Shown here: in pieces, positions 49,365-64,000 of the stretch
How the letters are laid out: every line of letters starts with the position of its first letter
How positions within the stretch are numbered: the first letter of the stretch is position 1
From: Octopus sinensis
Lineage: Eukaryota
Assembly (NCBI RefSeq): GCF_006345805.1
Contig: NC_043017.1
Span: 15,810,001-15,874,000 of the forward strand
Direction: 5' to 3'
Length of the DNA stretch: 64,000 bases
Translations under genes and position numbers: made by a program
The notes under the pieces: generated by a model
Databases searched by the model: none
Told to the model about the DNA's origin: nothing
Seen by the model: the letters and a program-made list of their open reading frames with translations, nothing else

Positions 49365-52271
49365 ATGTAAATCATGACATTTGTCTCTGAGAACCAGGAG
49401 CTTTCTCAGGTGGGTTGGTTATCAAAAAGAGTTGACCTGATGCAAAATTTTTTTTCTTGATGAAAAAATTTGGGGATTGTGGGAGGAAATTTAAGGAATT
49501 CAGATGGGAAATTGTTTCTGTGTTAAAAAATTCTTTGCTGTTATTCACAAAAGGAAGAAGTTTAATGCTTTGAATAAAGATTTCCATCTCAACCTTGCAA
49601 GGGTCTGTTTAAGATGCTAATTTATTCTTCTTGACATAAAAGAATTGGTTTTACTTGAGAAAATTCTCACAGGTTGCAGTCTTTTGACTATTTGATACTT
49701 AGTGCCAACAGCTGGGTGATCTAAGATTCTAACTTTCTAGTTTTTTTGCACAAGGCCAGCAATTTTGAGAGGCGTGGGGAAAGTCACTTACATTGACCTC
49801 AGTGTTCAACTGGTACTTCATTTTGTTGACCCTGAAAGGATGACAGTCAAAATTTACCTTTGGTGGTATTTGAACTCAGAATGTCAAGAACCAGAAGAAA
49901 TGCTGCCAAGCATGTTAATGGTTCTGCCAACTTGCTGCCTTTGGGTGACTTAGGATTAACCTTTAGCATGCTGTAAGCACACCATGTCACCAAATGAGTT
50001 TTCTTCCCTGTAGCTGCAGGACAGTGGCATGGGAAACAATTTTAGAGAAAATGCATTGTGCTACAGGTGAAGCAGAATAAAGTCCTGTCCAGTGGCCGCA
50101 GGGCTTGCTCTCCGATCCTCTTTCTTCTCTAGTTTCTTTATGTTGAATCTAATAACGGACTTACAACACATTTCATTAATTATTCTTCCACCATTATGGT
50201 TTTTAAAACTAATATCTAGGTGGGGCCTTAAACATTTTCAGTGAGGTTATTCTGGTAATTATACAAACCCACCTTTTTATTAATTAAACATGGAGTTGGA
50301 GCCCCTTTATAATAATACCAAGGGCTGATTGCTGTTCCTCATAGAAATACTGAGGCTGTTGTTGTTGTTAAAGTCCCTTTATAATACTATCGCTCAAGGT
50401 CATTGCTGCTCCTTACCAAAATATAAGGGCCATACTGGGTTGAAACCCTTTTATAATACTACTGAAGTCTACCACTGTTTCTCCTCATAGGAATACAAGG
50501 GATGTTGTGGTGATCATCGTCTTCATTTGGTTTACATCCATTTTTTAATACTTGCTTTTCCTGTTGTTAACCCCTACCTGTTCTTTTAAGTAAGGGAGCT
50601 CATGTTTCACATGTTTATGAAAGTGCAAAGCAAGGGGACAAGTTGTTGAAGAGACGTGACTGCACCGACAACACTGCTTGTAGTGTGTAAAAATGTAAAC
50701 ACAAATCTAGAGAGCAAGTTTCTTTCAGTTTCCTCCTATGAACGTTGGTCAGCTTAGAACCATAGCAAAAGACACTTGGTTCAGTGTGTTGCACAATGAG
50801 ACTGACCAGAAAGCCATTTGCCTGAGAAGCAGCCTTCCCAAAAAGTTAAATGCTTTGGCTTACTCGGTGACTGTGGGTTGTTTTGGTTTACCCTCTCATC
50901 CACTCTTAAAACGCAAGCAACATTCAGTAGATTTATTTAAAATGCCCAGCTGGAGCTTCTTTGAAGAAAACTGACATCAGTATCCATCAATGAAATCAGT
51001 ATCACACGGGAAGCAAAGCCCAGATTCCAAACCTCTGCTGCTTTGTGGCCATCCCCAGCCAATGGAAACACTTCAGCAATGGTCATTGAGGAGACAATTG
51101 CGAATTGGAACCCTGGACACCGTTTGATGTTATGTACCAATTTGTTGTGGTAACTGCTGAGATGATGCTGGTGGTCAAATAGCTTTAACTGTGCTGTCGT
51201 TTTGGATCCATCAGTGATGCAGAGAAAGGAGACATACTGCATAGCCAGTGGTCTGTCGTCCATACCATGCTGCCAACGGTTGGGTCACTTCGAACTCCCT
51301 ATACTTCCAGTAGACAAATTGAACCTTCATCAGCCATGGTCATTAATGACGAAGTGAAGAAGAATGAAATTATAGTTGGCCTCAGCAGGGTTTACACTCC
51401 CAACTTAAAGGGCCGAGACACACATTTCAGGTCATTTCATTTGATGCTCTACCGGTTCTGCCAATCTGACGCCAATGGTATTTAACTTCTATTGTGCATT
51501 CTATGTCAGTGGTTTTTAAACCTGTTTCAGTCTGTGGCGCAATGTAGCGGTGCAAAATATGGTTATGGCACACCCATCAGGTTTTAATATATTTTGTTGT
51601 AAGCAGGTGTTCCGGCTGTGACCATCCCATCTTTAATTCAGACACGGTGTATCTAGACTGCTTTATCTAATGTGTCCTTCCTTCATGTTTATCTCTCATC
51701 TCTGATCAAAGGTATTCATCCATTCTCTCAGCAATCATCCCATTCTTGCACTACATTATCTAATGAGGAGTTAGTTCATTAGTTAAGAAGGTCAGGTGTG
51801 TGATACGAAGAAGAATCAGCTGCTATTTCTAGCATGCCCCTAGTGGTTCCCTTGTTGACCAGAGCAATTTGTTGGTTTATTTGTTGACCGACTGACACTG
51901 TCTCTCGTTCAAAAGGCCACAAACACATTCACTCAGACACACATGCTCTCACTCTCTCTCTCTCTCTCTCTCTCTCTCACTATAGTGTTGGTATACTATG
52001 AAGTGACTATACTACACCATACTATTGTATATTATACTGCTACTACACTATCGTTATACTATGGTATCTTGGTACAATACGATGCTGCTACTATACACAC
52101 ACACACACACACACACAAACACATGTAGATGTGTGTATGTGCATGTGTGTGTATATATACACACACATGCACACTTCTCTTTCTTTCTCTCTTTATATAT
52201 TTCTGTATATACACAGACCTCTATCTCTCTATCAATATATATACTTACATAAACACATTTATGTATACCCT

Positions 52272-52316
<45 letters not shown>

Positions 52317-53113
52317 ACATATTGGCACACATATGTAATATACACAGACACACAACCATATGTGTGTTTGTGTATACACACTGTTGTGAGTGTAGAAAGA
52401 GTTGTAGACCAATTGAGACATTGTTTCATGACTGGCCAATTCTTCTCCATTCTGACATTTGATTGACTGGAGTAAAGATTGTGTGTATACCATATATGGT
52501 CATGTGTATACACACACACACACACACACACACACTCTTATATACCTATATATGCATTTATCCAAACACATGTAAATATGTATATACATTTGGACATGCA
52601 CATATTCAACACACACACACATCACTGTGTGTGTACACATGCACACAAGTATATGCCAGTTGCTGTGTGTGTGTGTGTTTGTGTATAAAATGTGTATAGA
52701 TATAAACACATATACATGTGTACAAATACATGTTAGTTACTGTGTCTATGTGTGGATATTATTGTTACCCACATGTTGGCACACACACACAAACACACAC
52801 TAGTTATACCATAGGGACTTCACATTTGCTAATATCTCAGTACCATATTATTATTATTATTTATTTTTCCTGTTATTTTTTTGCTTCTTCTTTGAGTTCA
52901 GTCCCCAGGAGAGGGTTACTTAGTGTTTATTGATGCTATGAGCTATGGAACACTAAATACCAATAATATAATACGCTGCCGCCAAGCTGCAGTCTTTGGA
53001 CTAAAATTCTACAAGCACCTCCTCTACTTTTTCCCTTCTTCATGGTCATAAAAGAGAGATTACCAATATTTTCTGCTGCTACTGCCATGTTGCAATGAAT
53101 GTTGAATATCTGG

Positions 53114-53155
<42 letters not shown>

Positions 53156-53565
53156 CTTACTGCATCCATTCTTTACTCTCTCTCTCTCTCTCTCTCTCAC
53201 AGTGAAACACAGAGAGAGGGGTGGAGTGGGCTGTGTCTTCTGCTTCATCCAGTCTTTAGTCTTTCTTTCTCTCTGATTCACTCACACACACACACACGAA
53301 TATATATTTATATTTATATAATGTACACGTGTGTGTGTGTACATGTGTATATGTGAATGTATCATCATCATTGTAGCATCTGTATTCCATGCTGGCATCA
53401 ATTGGACATTATATATATATATATGTATATATATGCGTGTGTGTGTGTGTGTTTAGTGATGCAAACAAGGAAAACAGAAGTGAAAGCACAAACGTATGTT
53501 TTTTTTTATTAAAAGCAAGTTTTATGTGTTGGCATTTACCAGTTACACACACACACACACACACA

Positions 53566-53605
<40 letters not shown>

Positions 53606-55183
53606 TATTTTTTTATTCTTTTATTTGTTACAGCCATTTGGCTGTGGCCATGCTGGAGCACCGCCTTTAGTCAAACAAATCGGCCCCAGGACTTACTCTT
53701 TGTAAGCCCAGTACTTATTCTAGTTAAGTAGACGTAAACATTGCCATAATCGGTTGTCAAGTGATGGTGGTGGGGGGCAGGGGACAAACACACACACACA
53801 TATATATGATGGGCTTCTTTCAGTTTCCGTCAACCAAATCCACTCACAAGGCTTTGGTCGGCCCGAGGCTATAGTAGAAGACACTTGCCCAAGGTGCCAC
53901 GCAGTGGGACTGAACCTGGAACCATGTGGTTGGTAAGCAAGCTACTTACCACACAGCCACTCTTGCACCTATATATATATATAATAATCTTAAATGTGGC
54001 CATCCAGCTGGTCGTGTGCTGTTGAAAGCATGTTCACCGTCTTCAGTGGATAGAAGTGTGCCAGGGTTGTACGTCAAAGGGGGTGGGGGAAAAGAGGGGT
54101 GGATCTGAATCACGAAGATGGGATTTGATGTCTCTGAAGACAATATTTTCTCATATTCAGCTATTTTTGTTGTTTAACCCCAGGTCAGTTGGCATCCACC
54201 AAGTTTATGATCCCCATTCCATCCATGACCATCCTGTCTTTTTCTCTTTATGCACGGAAGCCCGGCACTCCATTATTCACCTTGTCCTTTTCAAAGACAT
54301 TAAGGTGTCATCCGAGGGAGAGATGGGTGCTACTTTTAACTGGTTGAACAACCCTGTTGATGCTTGCTTGTCAACTCTTCCCTCTTCTGTTGTTGCTATG
54401 ACAACTCCAATTACCCTGCATCTACCCACAGCTACTCTGATGTTAACCCACCCACAGCCGTGTGCCCCCTCTGCCCACCCGGCAGTGTACAAAATAAACA
54501 CTGTGTTGGTAGCATGAAAAGAAGCACCCCTTCCATACTGGGAAGTGGTTGGTGTTAGGAGGGGCCGCTGAAGGAACCCTGCCAAAGTGGAGGCGCGTGG
54601 TTAAGGGGTGTTGCACTCATGATCATAAGATTCTGGTTTTGATTCCTGGACCCGGCGACGCATCGTGTTCTTGAGCAAAACACTTCATTTCACATTGCTC
54701 CAGTCTGCTCAGCTGGCAAAAATGAGTTAATCCTGCGAAGGACTGATGTCCTATCCAGGTGGGGGTGTATACACACCACATAAACCGGGAAACCAGCCCC
54801 ATGAGTCCATACAACAAAATATTTTGTTTGATGCTCTACTGATTTTATCAATTCAGTGTTGCATATTTATAGTTATATTGACCCCAGTAAATGACTGGTA
54901 CTCTGTTCTACTGACCTGGGCCATATTGGATGAAGGTCAACTGCAAACTCAATTCAAGCTAAGAGGAGGACATTTTCTCTGGTGCAATACTTATAATGAA
55001 TTTATTATTATTACATTGTTAGTATCAATAATTAACAACAACAACAACAACAATCATAATAATACATAGTCATCTCACGAGATACAAACACCGAATGTTT
55101 TGTTTTTTCAGAAATGTAAATTGTGGTCCAATGAGAGTGTGACCGGATTATACAAACAGACACACAGACAGACTTGGAACAAC

Positions 55184-55214
<31 letters not shown>

Positions 55215-56905
55215 GGTTGTGGTTGTGATGATGGCAGGAAAGACTGCGAAAATAATGTTGATGGTGGTGGTGTCGGTGGGGCAGTGGTGAAATTGGCAGT
55301 TGTCGTAGTGCTAATAATTGTGATGATGATGATGATGATGACTGATGATGATGCCAACCACAAGACTCAGATGAGGAGAAATCAAACTAGGTTTCTGTGG
55401 TGGTGGTGGTGGTGGTGGGGTGGTGATGAAGTGGGGTAGCTAGGTTGTGGAGTGGTGTTAGTGGTGGTGGTCGTGGCTGGTTGGGAGATTGTGGAGGAGT
55501 CACGATGAGTTATGAGGCATTTAATAACTCATTATGATGTCATTACTGCTGCAACAACAACAACAACATTCATAATTCCATGTATCATTTATGTTAATTT
55601 ATGTTAATTTAACAGTTTTAATTATTCTACCACCACCATCATCACTACCCCCCCCCCACACACACTACTAATTATGATGTAGTACTAATAAGTCATTTCT
55701 AAAGATAGTTTCTAAGTTTGTCACCAGGTGGCAGTGTGGGGAGATGGGGGTGGGGAGGGCAAGTGTCTTAGCGAACATTTAACTTAAATTGCTGGCCCCC
55801 AGTATACCACTGGTACTAAATTCATTGCCTCTTACCCCTGCTAGGGAGTGACTGAAAGGCTCTTGAAAACATGCCTCTTCCCTCTCTTCAACTCTCAAAA
55901 GGGTTTCCACAGATTTTTGAAGGGGGGTAAGGGGCAGTGTTGCTGATCTTATTTTCAGGATCTCAGGGATTGATGGATGGTAAGGAAGAACTTCCACAGA
56001 GAACACAATGGACCCTTAAAAAGTACCCAACAATAGGAAAGAAGTCAAGGCGCATGGGGTAGTGAGTTCGATTCCCAGACTGTGCAGTGTGTTGTACTCT
56101 TGAGCAAGACACTTTATTTCACGCTGTTTCAGTTCACTCAGCTGTAGAAATGAGCTGTGACATCAGTGGTACCCTTTGCCTTTCCCCTGGATAACATCCG
56201 TGGCATGGGAGAAGGGACGCTGGTATGCATGGGCAACTGCTGGTCTTCCATAAAACAACTTTGCCCGGACTTGTGCTTTGGAGGGGAACTTTCTAGGTGC
56301 AAATCCCACGTTTGTTCATGACCGGAAAGGAGTCTTTACCCTTTAATAGGAAAGAGAACTGGCTGAAGAAAATCTGTCTCAACAAATTCTGTTGGAACTG
56401 TAAAAGCATAGAAAAGTGGACACTGTTTAGCATTCAGATTACTCTGTCTAATCTAATCCTTATTTATCTTCATTGTTTTGGATTAGTCGTGGATTATCTC
56501 ATAGGTTTGGCATTTTGGTGATGTGATTGTTTGTTTTTATAACGATATTGCAGGGTAGGTGTGAGAGGTTGGATCTGGCCAGTTTGAACACAAAACAGGG
56601 CAAATATTTTGGCTGGTTTAAATGCTAAAGTGTTAAGCGATAAGGATGGCCCTTTTGGCAGGCTTCCATACAGTTTCTGTCGACCCGGTTTCACAAGGCT
56701 TGGAATGACCTGAGGTTATGACAGTAGGGAGCTAGGACAACAACATTGTATTACATGATACAGACTATGTAAGAGGGAGCTGTGGTAGATCCCTGTTACC
56801 AGGGACAGGCACAGTTGTGGGAACAAGCTGTAGAGGCAAAAACAGTAGAAATATCTTTCTCTGTTGAAGATGACCCATTTTGTCTCTCATCATATGAAAT
56901 ATTAA

Positions 56906-56956
<51 letters not shown>

Positions 56957-58185
56957 GTGAATGTATAAACAAGTAAATTATATATATACAAGTATATATG
57001 TGTGCATGAATGTGTGTGTATAGACCCAAGGAAGGAAGGAACACGCATTTAAAAAGAGCAGATTGTTGTGGGTGAAGCCAAACTGATGCTAAGTGGTTGA
57101 GGAAGGAAACAGGTTTACTATCAGTTGAATACACATTACATTCTCTCTCTCTCTCTCTCTCTCTCTCACCCCTATCTTTCTCCTCTCTTTCCCCCTCTCT
57201 CCTTTTCTCTCTTCTTTCCCCCCTCTCTCCTTTTCTCTCCTCTCACTCTGTATATATAAATATATATGTATGTATGTATATCTGTTTGTGTGTTTTGTCT
57301 TTGGATGAGCTTTAGCTAGGGTTGGAACTTGAGATCCTGTTATTCATTCAAATATCCCCTCACATCTTCTTATAAAGAAAAGGGCCATGTTACATCGTGT
57401 CATCTGGGATGTGCTTGCCTAACAAAGAGAGAGAGACAAGTCGTTCATTGCTGGAGTGGCTTTATTTAATCTGAGGAGCTTAGTGGGGATTAGTGATGAT
57501 AGCAAGAATAATTGGTCCATGGAAGAATTTGTAGAAGTTTGGTTGTTGAGACAGAGGAAGCGAATTCTGGCATTATGTTTGTTTCATTTGTTGACCCGTA
57601 ATCATAATGACCCTATTTACTCAGTCCTTTTCTGATGAAGGACAGGGGTCTGGGCTGTTGAATTCTTCAGTCTTCATGCCAATTGTAGTTGTTAGACTCT
57701 TTTGAGGACTCTCCATCGATCGTAGAACTCTCCTATCCTGTTAGACATTGGTCTAAACAACATCAAATTCTTCACTTAGACAGAGCTTTTCTTGGTTTTG
57801 TCACATTCAGTTCCTCAATAACCAGAACAACAGCTAAATAACCGTAACCCACCTTCTGTATCCATTCCTCTATGCCAATATCATTATGTTATGAAACTGA
57901 TTCAGAATAAATCTTTAATCAGAAAACATTGGTTTCTGTCATTAAATTGTGGTAAGGGATAACGATCCCAAAGTGTTCATCCTGGGTCTGTTACTGAGGG
58001 TTACTTAACCACCAAAGACTGTAAATTTTTCTCATAATTCTGTTCTTGCAGTGGTTATTATTTATTTTCAAATCTGATAAAAGACTCTCTAAATCCCAGA
58101 TTAAGCCAGGTTCTAGATGTATTATAATAGCCTTAAAATTTGAATGTTTATTTCTGAGTAATATTTATAGTAGTGATAGGTTTAA

Positions 58186-58394
58186 CCCTTTTGATACCAA
58201 CCCACCTGAAACTGCTTCTGGCTCTGTTGTATAAATATCTTGCTTTGAAAATCTTCCACCAAACCTTAGTCACAATTTATGTTCCTAACACTAGCTTAAT
58301 GGTAACAAAGTTATTTTCCTAAATTCTTTTGTTAAATTTAAAACTAATTGAACGAAACACAAAGCATCTCAACAGAAATATGATAACGAAAGGG
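58186..58394. mobile_element. piggyBac-like MITE
   Basis: TTAA|CCCTTTTGATA ... TGATAACGAAAGGG|TCAA: CCC/GGG termini with a TTAA-like TSD. The internal sequence resembles the repeat at about 15690-15820 and 48960-49060 in the opposite orientation. Confidence 0.6.
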
Positions 58395-60586
58395 TCAAAA
58401 CAGTGACTCACCCTGTGAGAACAGCTACTATATGTCTCTGGTGTACACACACACGGGCACAGCTTTGGTCAGCCTAGGGCTACAATAGAAGACACTCGCC
58501 CAAGGTACCACACAGTGAGATTGAACCCGGAACCATGTGGTTGCGAAGCAAGCTTCTTACCACACTTATATAAATGTGTGTGTGTGTGTGTATTGATCAT
58601 CATGTTATGTCTGTCTTTCCTTGCTGGGTCCCACAGCACACAAGGGTCCAATGTAGTGATATGCATTTGGTTAAACAAATGGGAGAAGTAGTACTCAATA
58701 CATCTGCTAATTGATTTATTCAAAGCTGTTGGTCCTCTTTATAGAAAGCGTAGAAAAAAAAGATAAAGAAAATAAATAGAACAGTGAATGACTGTCGGAA
58801 ATTGAACCTGTGACTTTTGGATGTGTCCGGTTTGTATTTATCTACCAGAACTGTGGGGGTGGGGTAGGTGGGGGGGGGAATCTGCTCCATTTCACTGTCT
58901 AAAATAATCTGTTTCCTTAATGCCATATTTGTCAAAGTTATATATAATTGTTTCCTACCACCACCACCTTCACCACCATCCCCTATGCTGCCACCACCAG
59001 TACTACTACCACCACCACTACCCATACCACCACCAACTCTTATAATTATTCCTCTGTTAACTTCAAAATGGTTTTATTTGTTTATTTGTTGTATGAGGTA
59101 TATTTAATTACTCGTGCCGTTTTCTTCGTTAAGGTGTCTGGGAACTACTTCCACCTGGAAGGAAGTTGAAGACATTCTTGTTTACCTACATACCCTCTCC
59201 CCACCTCCTCCTCTCCTGTGCTGTCTCTCCTCCTCCTCCTCTTCTGTTATTCACTGTAGCTTTATCGTCCCATAACGACCAATTCCATTCACAAGAATGT
59301 TTGGTCTTCAAATAATCTTTATTTACTGTATTAAACACAACAGTTCTTTCAATAGCTAATCAAATAATCAGCTTAATTGGCATGATTAATTAGTAAATTT
59401 GTACATTCTTATAAAAGGTGTTAAATTGACAGAATTGTTAGAGCGCCTAACCTTAAATACCTAGTGGTGTTTAAGTCTGAGTTCAAATCTGGTCCTGATC
59501 CTCTGTGCCTTTTATTCTTGAATTGGTAAAATAAACTGCCAATGTCGGATGAGGTGATTTTAAGGAGACAAACTTAAAATCCTTGAGCCCAATGTTCTGA
59601 GTTCAAACCTTGCTGATGTCATCTTTACTTTTTCAGGACGGTGGTTTAGTAGAATTATTCTGTGTTGGAACAAAATACTCTGTGACATTTGTTTCCAGCT
59701 CTTTAAGTGCTTGGTTCAAGTCCAGACAAAGTTGACTTTTGCTTTTCACCTTTCCAGATCAGTGGATTGGTGAAGGTGTAAGAACATGGAATCTAATACC
59801 CTGTAGTGTTTTTCTGGTTCTTAGCATTCAGAGATCCCAGACAGGTGTAGGGAACTTAATAAGTATCGCACCAAGATGGCTGTATTTTGTGAAGAAGAAT
59901 GACAGCAGGTGACCCTCTTTCAGTTGTCTCCCCATGAAAATTGTCTGATGAGGATAAAATGTTTTGAAGTCAATGAGGTCACCAGAGGTTACCAGGGGTC
60001 GTTTGTTGACCTGAGGGTGTTAGGGATAGCTGGAAGGACATGTTTGTAAGTTTTGTTTCCGTAAACGACAAACCAGGAACCAAATTTTTTGACAGAAAAG
60101 ACGAGGCCATCTGTTGAGATTTGTGGAGTGGATTTTGTGTTGTCACCGAATAATTTCTGGCCAGGTCGGGGTGGTGGTGGTGGTGGTGGTGGTGGTGGTA
60201 TAAGGGTGGGTGGAAGTGGGGCAGGGGCAGGGATTTAAAAGTCAAAATCAGGTTCTGATTGAGCCTGGCAACCATGCGATTGTGGATGGACTTTGTAACT
60301 AAACACACACACACACACACACGTATTTATATTTGTAGATTTTGTTGATTTTGATACTCACCTTATTCTTTTGATGTGTGTATTCTATATACATAAAACT
60401 ATTTCAACACTCCCACAAGCATACACATGCATCTATTCTGACACACACACACACACACATCAATGTACACACCTGCATACATATATATATATACTTCCCT
60501 GTACACACACATCTATTTCAGCATGCAGACTTACTTACACATATATATATATATCAATGCTTACACCTACACACGTGTATCTTCTT

Positions 60587-60626
<40 letters not shown>

Positions 60627-62200
60627 TACTAGTTTCCCTGAGGAAGGAATGTCTATATTTCCATTGAATGTGAAATTTTTATGAAGTAACAATTGCAAAC
60701 TTCACTTCATTTCAATGAATTGTCATAAAATATCTCGACAATGGCTTCTCTCTTCCTTCTCTCTCTAAATATAATGAAAAGTATGTGTGAAAGCCTCCAC
60801 ACCAGGAGTAATAGTAGCCGAGGGGTAGTAGTCCACTTGATCTTCTCTCTGTCTGTTCGTCCCTGGTCTCTCATTTATTGTCACAACAGGGAGTTCAGCT
60901 TACACTTATCTAACCTTTAATGACCACTATCTTCTATCATGCTCACACACACACACACATGCATATGTATATGTGTGTGAGTGTGTGTATGTGTGTGTGA
61001 ATAGGTGTAGGCATGGCTGTGTGGTTAAGAAGTTTGCTTTGCAACCCCATGGTCTTGAGTTCAGTCTCAGTATGTGGTTCCTTTGACAAGTACTTCTAAT
61101 ATAACCTTGGGCTGACCAATGAAATTTGAATAAATTTGGTAGATGGAAACTATGTGGAAGCCTATTATGTGTATGTGTGTGTGCATGTGTGTGTATGTGT
61201 GTGTGTGTGTGTATGTATATATATATATACATACATACATACAGAGTGATTGAAAAGTGACTCCCTGTTTTAAAATACTTATAAATTATTAATTGTAATT
61301 TTTTCTCTAGTTTTTTGTTTGTTTTTTTGAAGTATAAATAAAATCTCGTACTAAAAGCCTTCCTCTCATCTATTTTTTTGTAAAAATTGCAATTAATAAA
61401 TAATTTTGTAAGTATTTTAAAATACAGAGTTACTTTTCAATCACCCTGCGTATATATATTCCACTGATACCCTTTTTTTTTTCTCTTAATCGCACTGTAT
61501 ATTACACCCCAGTATTTAAAGAATGGTCATCTGGTCATCTGGGAAATGTCCAGTGTCTTGTACAGCCTTACTTTCAGCCCCTTTTCAGATCAGCTCCTTG
61601 GTCCCAATCATTGGTTGTGTGGGAAGCCTGGTCTCTCTAGCTGACCATCCCACACTGCAGAATAGTTTCTAGCTGAGCCAGTATTCACCACCACCACCAC
61701 CACCAAGTAGAGTGTTGAATCCCCCCCCCCCGACATCACCACCACCACCACTTGGGTTATGTGGTATTCCCACATTCCAGCCATAACGCATAATCAAACT
61801 CTCTTTCTCCCTTTTTATACACACGCACAAACAAACACACACAGATATAGCCTCTCACGTATACACCAGACATCCATACACGTGTACAAACTCACTCACA
61901 CAAAGTTATACGCTCATACAGACCTACACATACACACTCACATGTACAATCTTACACTCCCATTCACGCGCACACACACACACAGTCATATCTCCATATT
62001 CACACACTCAGACCTATCCCTTAACTCTCATTCATAACCCATTCGACACACTTAGTAATGTCTATGATCACAGATAAACTGCTTTGCTATTCTGTGAAAA
62101 TGCCACATGTTACACCAGTTGTAATTATTATTATCATTATTATTAAAAACGTTCTTTATCTGATACACTGATGACCTCTTGTCTTTCTCACAAGATGGTG

Positions 62201-62370
62201 TGTTCCATTGTCACAGAAAGGGGACTCCACATGAAATCCCCATTCTCGGAAAAAAGTTGGACTGTTCCACTATCATGAAAAGAGGACTCCACATGAAGTT
62301 TCCATTCCCAGAGATTGGATTGTTTTACTGTCACAAAAAGGGGACACCACATCAGATCCCCATTTCTATT
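62201..62370. repeat. Three degenerate tandem copies of about 60 bp
   Basis: Units begin at 62201, 62263 and 62321; shared core tgtt.ca.t.tca..aaag.ggac.ccacat.a...cccatt. Confidence 0.8.
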
Positions 62371-63156
62371 TAGCACCCTGATTTAGGCTACCCCGCATCC
62401 AACGTAATCAAGACACACAGTGCCTTTTGCCCCAACAGGGACCCTTGAGTTCTTTGACAAAGTCCCAGCTGGTCTCATCTTCATATCTTACAGTCACAGC
62501 AACAATCTCATTGTGGTTCCTGTCACAGATTTATTCTTCAATCCTGCTAAAATGCCATTTTTCCTCATTTATCCTTCCATCGTTATTTAGGATTATTTAC
62601 TGAAAGTAGGTTGTAATCTGGTCTTGGGTGTGTCCATGCATATACCACATGTGGAGGTGTGTTTTACTTGTGTTAACATATGTAGAGTGTGCCACATGTA
62701 TTATGTCACATTTGTGCTGTGTGCCACATAAGATGTCGGTCACTCTGTGTCCTGTCATTGTCTGTTGGCTAAAAAAAAAATGATGAGATGAAGGTGCTGA
62801 TGATGACGATGACGATGATGATGATGTTGGTTGAAGAAGCCAATAGGTGAAAGTCAAATTTTACAGTACACATACACACACATGCTCGTACACACACACA
62901 CACACACACATATGCACATACACATGCACACAAAACTAATTTAATGGTAAGCTGTTTTGTTTAAAAAGAAAAAAAAGGAAGACGAGTCAACATCTTCTGC
63001 AGGAGACAACTCCTGATATGTTATCATTTTATGCTGACCTCATTAGCCAAGTATAGAGAAGCAGTGATGTGTAAATCAATAAATGAATGGATATATTCAT
63101 ATATGCATTCATGGATATATATATATAAAGTTCATTCATACCTATAATTGTGTGTG

Positions 63157-63198
<42 letters not shown>

Positions 63199-64000
63199 GA
63201 GAAAAACGGAGACGATTCGGGTGGTTATTGACAAGAAAACCGTAGACACATATATGTCTTCTGTCTTCTTGTTGCTAAGCATCGAATTGTCTGTTTTCTC
63301 TTAATTTACTGTATTTTTTTGTTGTTTTGATCCAGTTTTTGTCTTTTATTGCTGACTGCAAGGACACAAGTTCAAAAGGAACCCATTCTTTAGGGAATCA
63401 TTGCTTTCCCATTGTCCACGGATATCATCCCTTCTTCACCCCCACATCCAGTTGTAACAAAGCTAGTTTGGTGTGAACTCTCTTCAGGTTTGTATGGGAA
63501 CCATCTCAAAGTTCATGTGAACTTTTTTTTCTTCGACCATTGTTTGATGCTGAACTTGTCCAGAAATATGTTGTCGTTGATGTTGTTGTTGATGTTGTTG
63601 TTAGAGACTAAGCGTGACTAATGACCTTGGGACACCATCTGCTAGAAAAGCAACAGTCAAGTCAATGCTTTTTTTTTTTTTACTTTTCTTTTGTTTCAAG
63701 TGGAGGCATGTGACTTATTGGTTTGGGTATAGTGCTCAGGATTGCAGTTTCAATCCCTGAACTAGAATGGTTTTGTTGTGTTCTTGAGCAAAACACTTCA
63801 TTTGCCATTGTTTAAGTCCACTTAACTGCGAATGAGTAATTTTGCAATGGACTGGCATCGCATTCAGGGGGAATGATGCGGTGTCGGTCATTTGCATGCC
63901 CTGGAAACTGGGGAACCAGCTCTTATGAGTCCTACAACTTGAGACACTGATGCCCAGGGGACTTATTTTTTTACTACTAGGTTTTGAGGAAGGTGCAGTG

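Noticed and set aside
55112-55200. Second exon of the taperin-like gene after a good acceptor (ttttgttttttcag)
   Set aside because: The phase-0 reading KCKLWSNESVTGLYKQ lacks the expected ISF/VxF motif and runs into (TGT)n/(TGG)n repeats with no donor.

Overview
Eukaryotic, AT-rich, microsatellite- and SINE-dense genomic DNA. The repeat families and gene sequences point to a cephalopod, most likely Octopus (inference from recalled repeat families; no search was run). Three protein-coding genes are supported. (1) The last coding exon of Rab14 on + (1421-1526, ending GCGC*). (2) A complete six-exon CCDC105/TEKTL1 (tektin-like sperm/axonemal microtubule inner protein) gene on - (30505 to 9033; 415 aa; all five introns GT-AG and phase 0). 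(3) A 2058-nt first coding exon of a taperin/phostensin-like protein on + (39813-41870); I could not find its next exon in the remaining 22 kb. The rest is introns and intergenic DNA holding RTE, L1/Tx1 and Penelope-like retroelement fragments, Tc1/mariner fragments, hAT/piggyBac-like and foldback MITEs, tRNA-derived SINEs and simple repeats. Best leads: a 14/28-bp phased array of RFX X-box-like motifs in CCDC105 intron 5 plus near-perfect X-boxes spread around the locus; possible retention of an ancient 'proto-MHC' linkage (RAB14, CCDC105, TPRN/PPP1R18); a CpG-decayed hammerhead-like core; a nested 1-kb foldback next to an exon; and several unusual local duplications. No CRISPR array, rRNA or bona fide tRNA gene was found.
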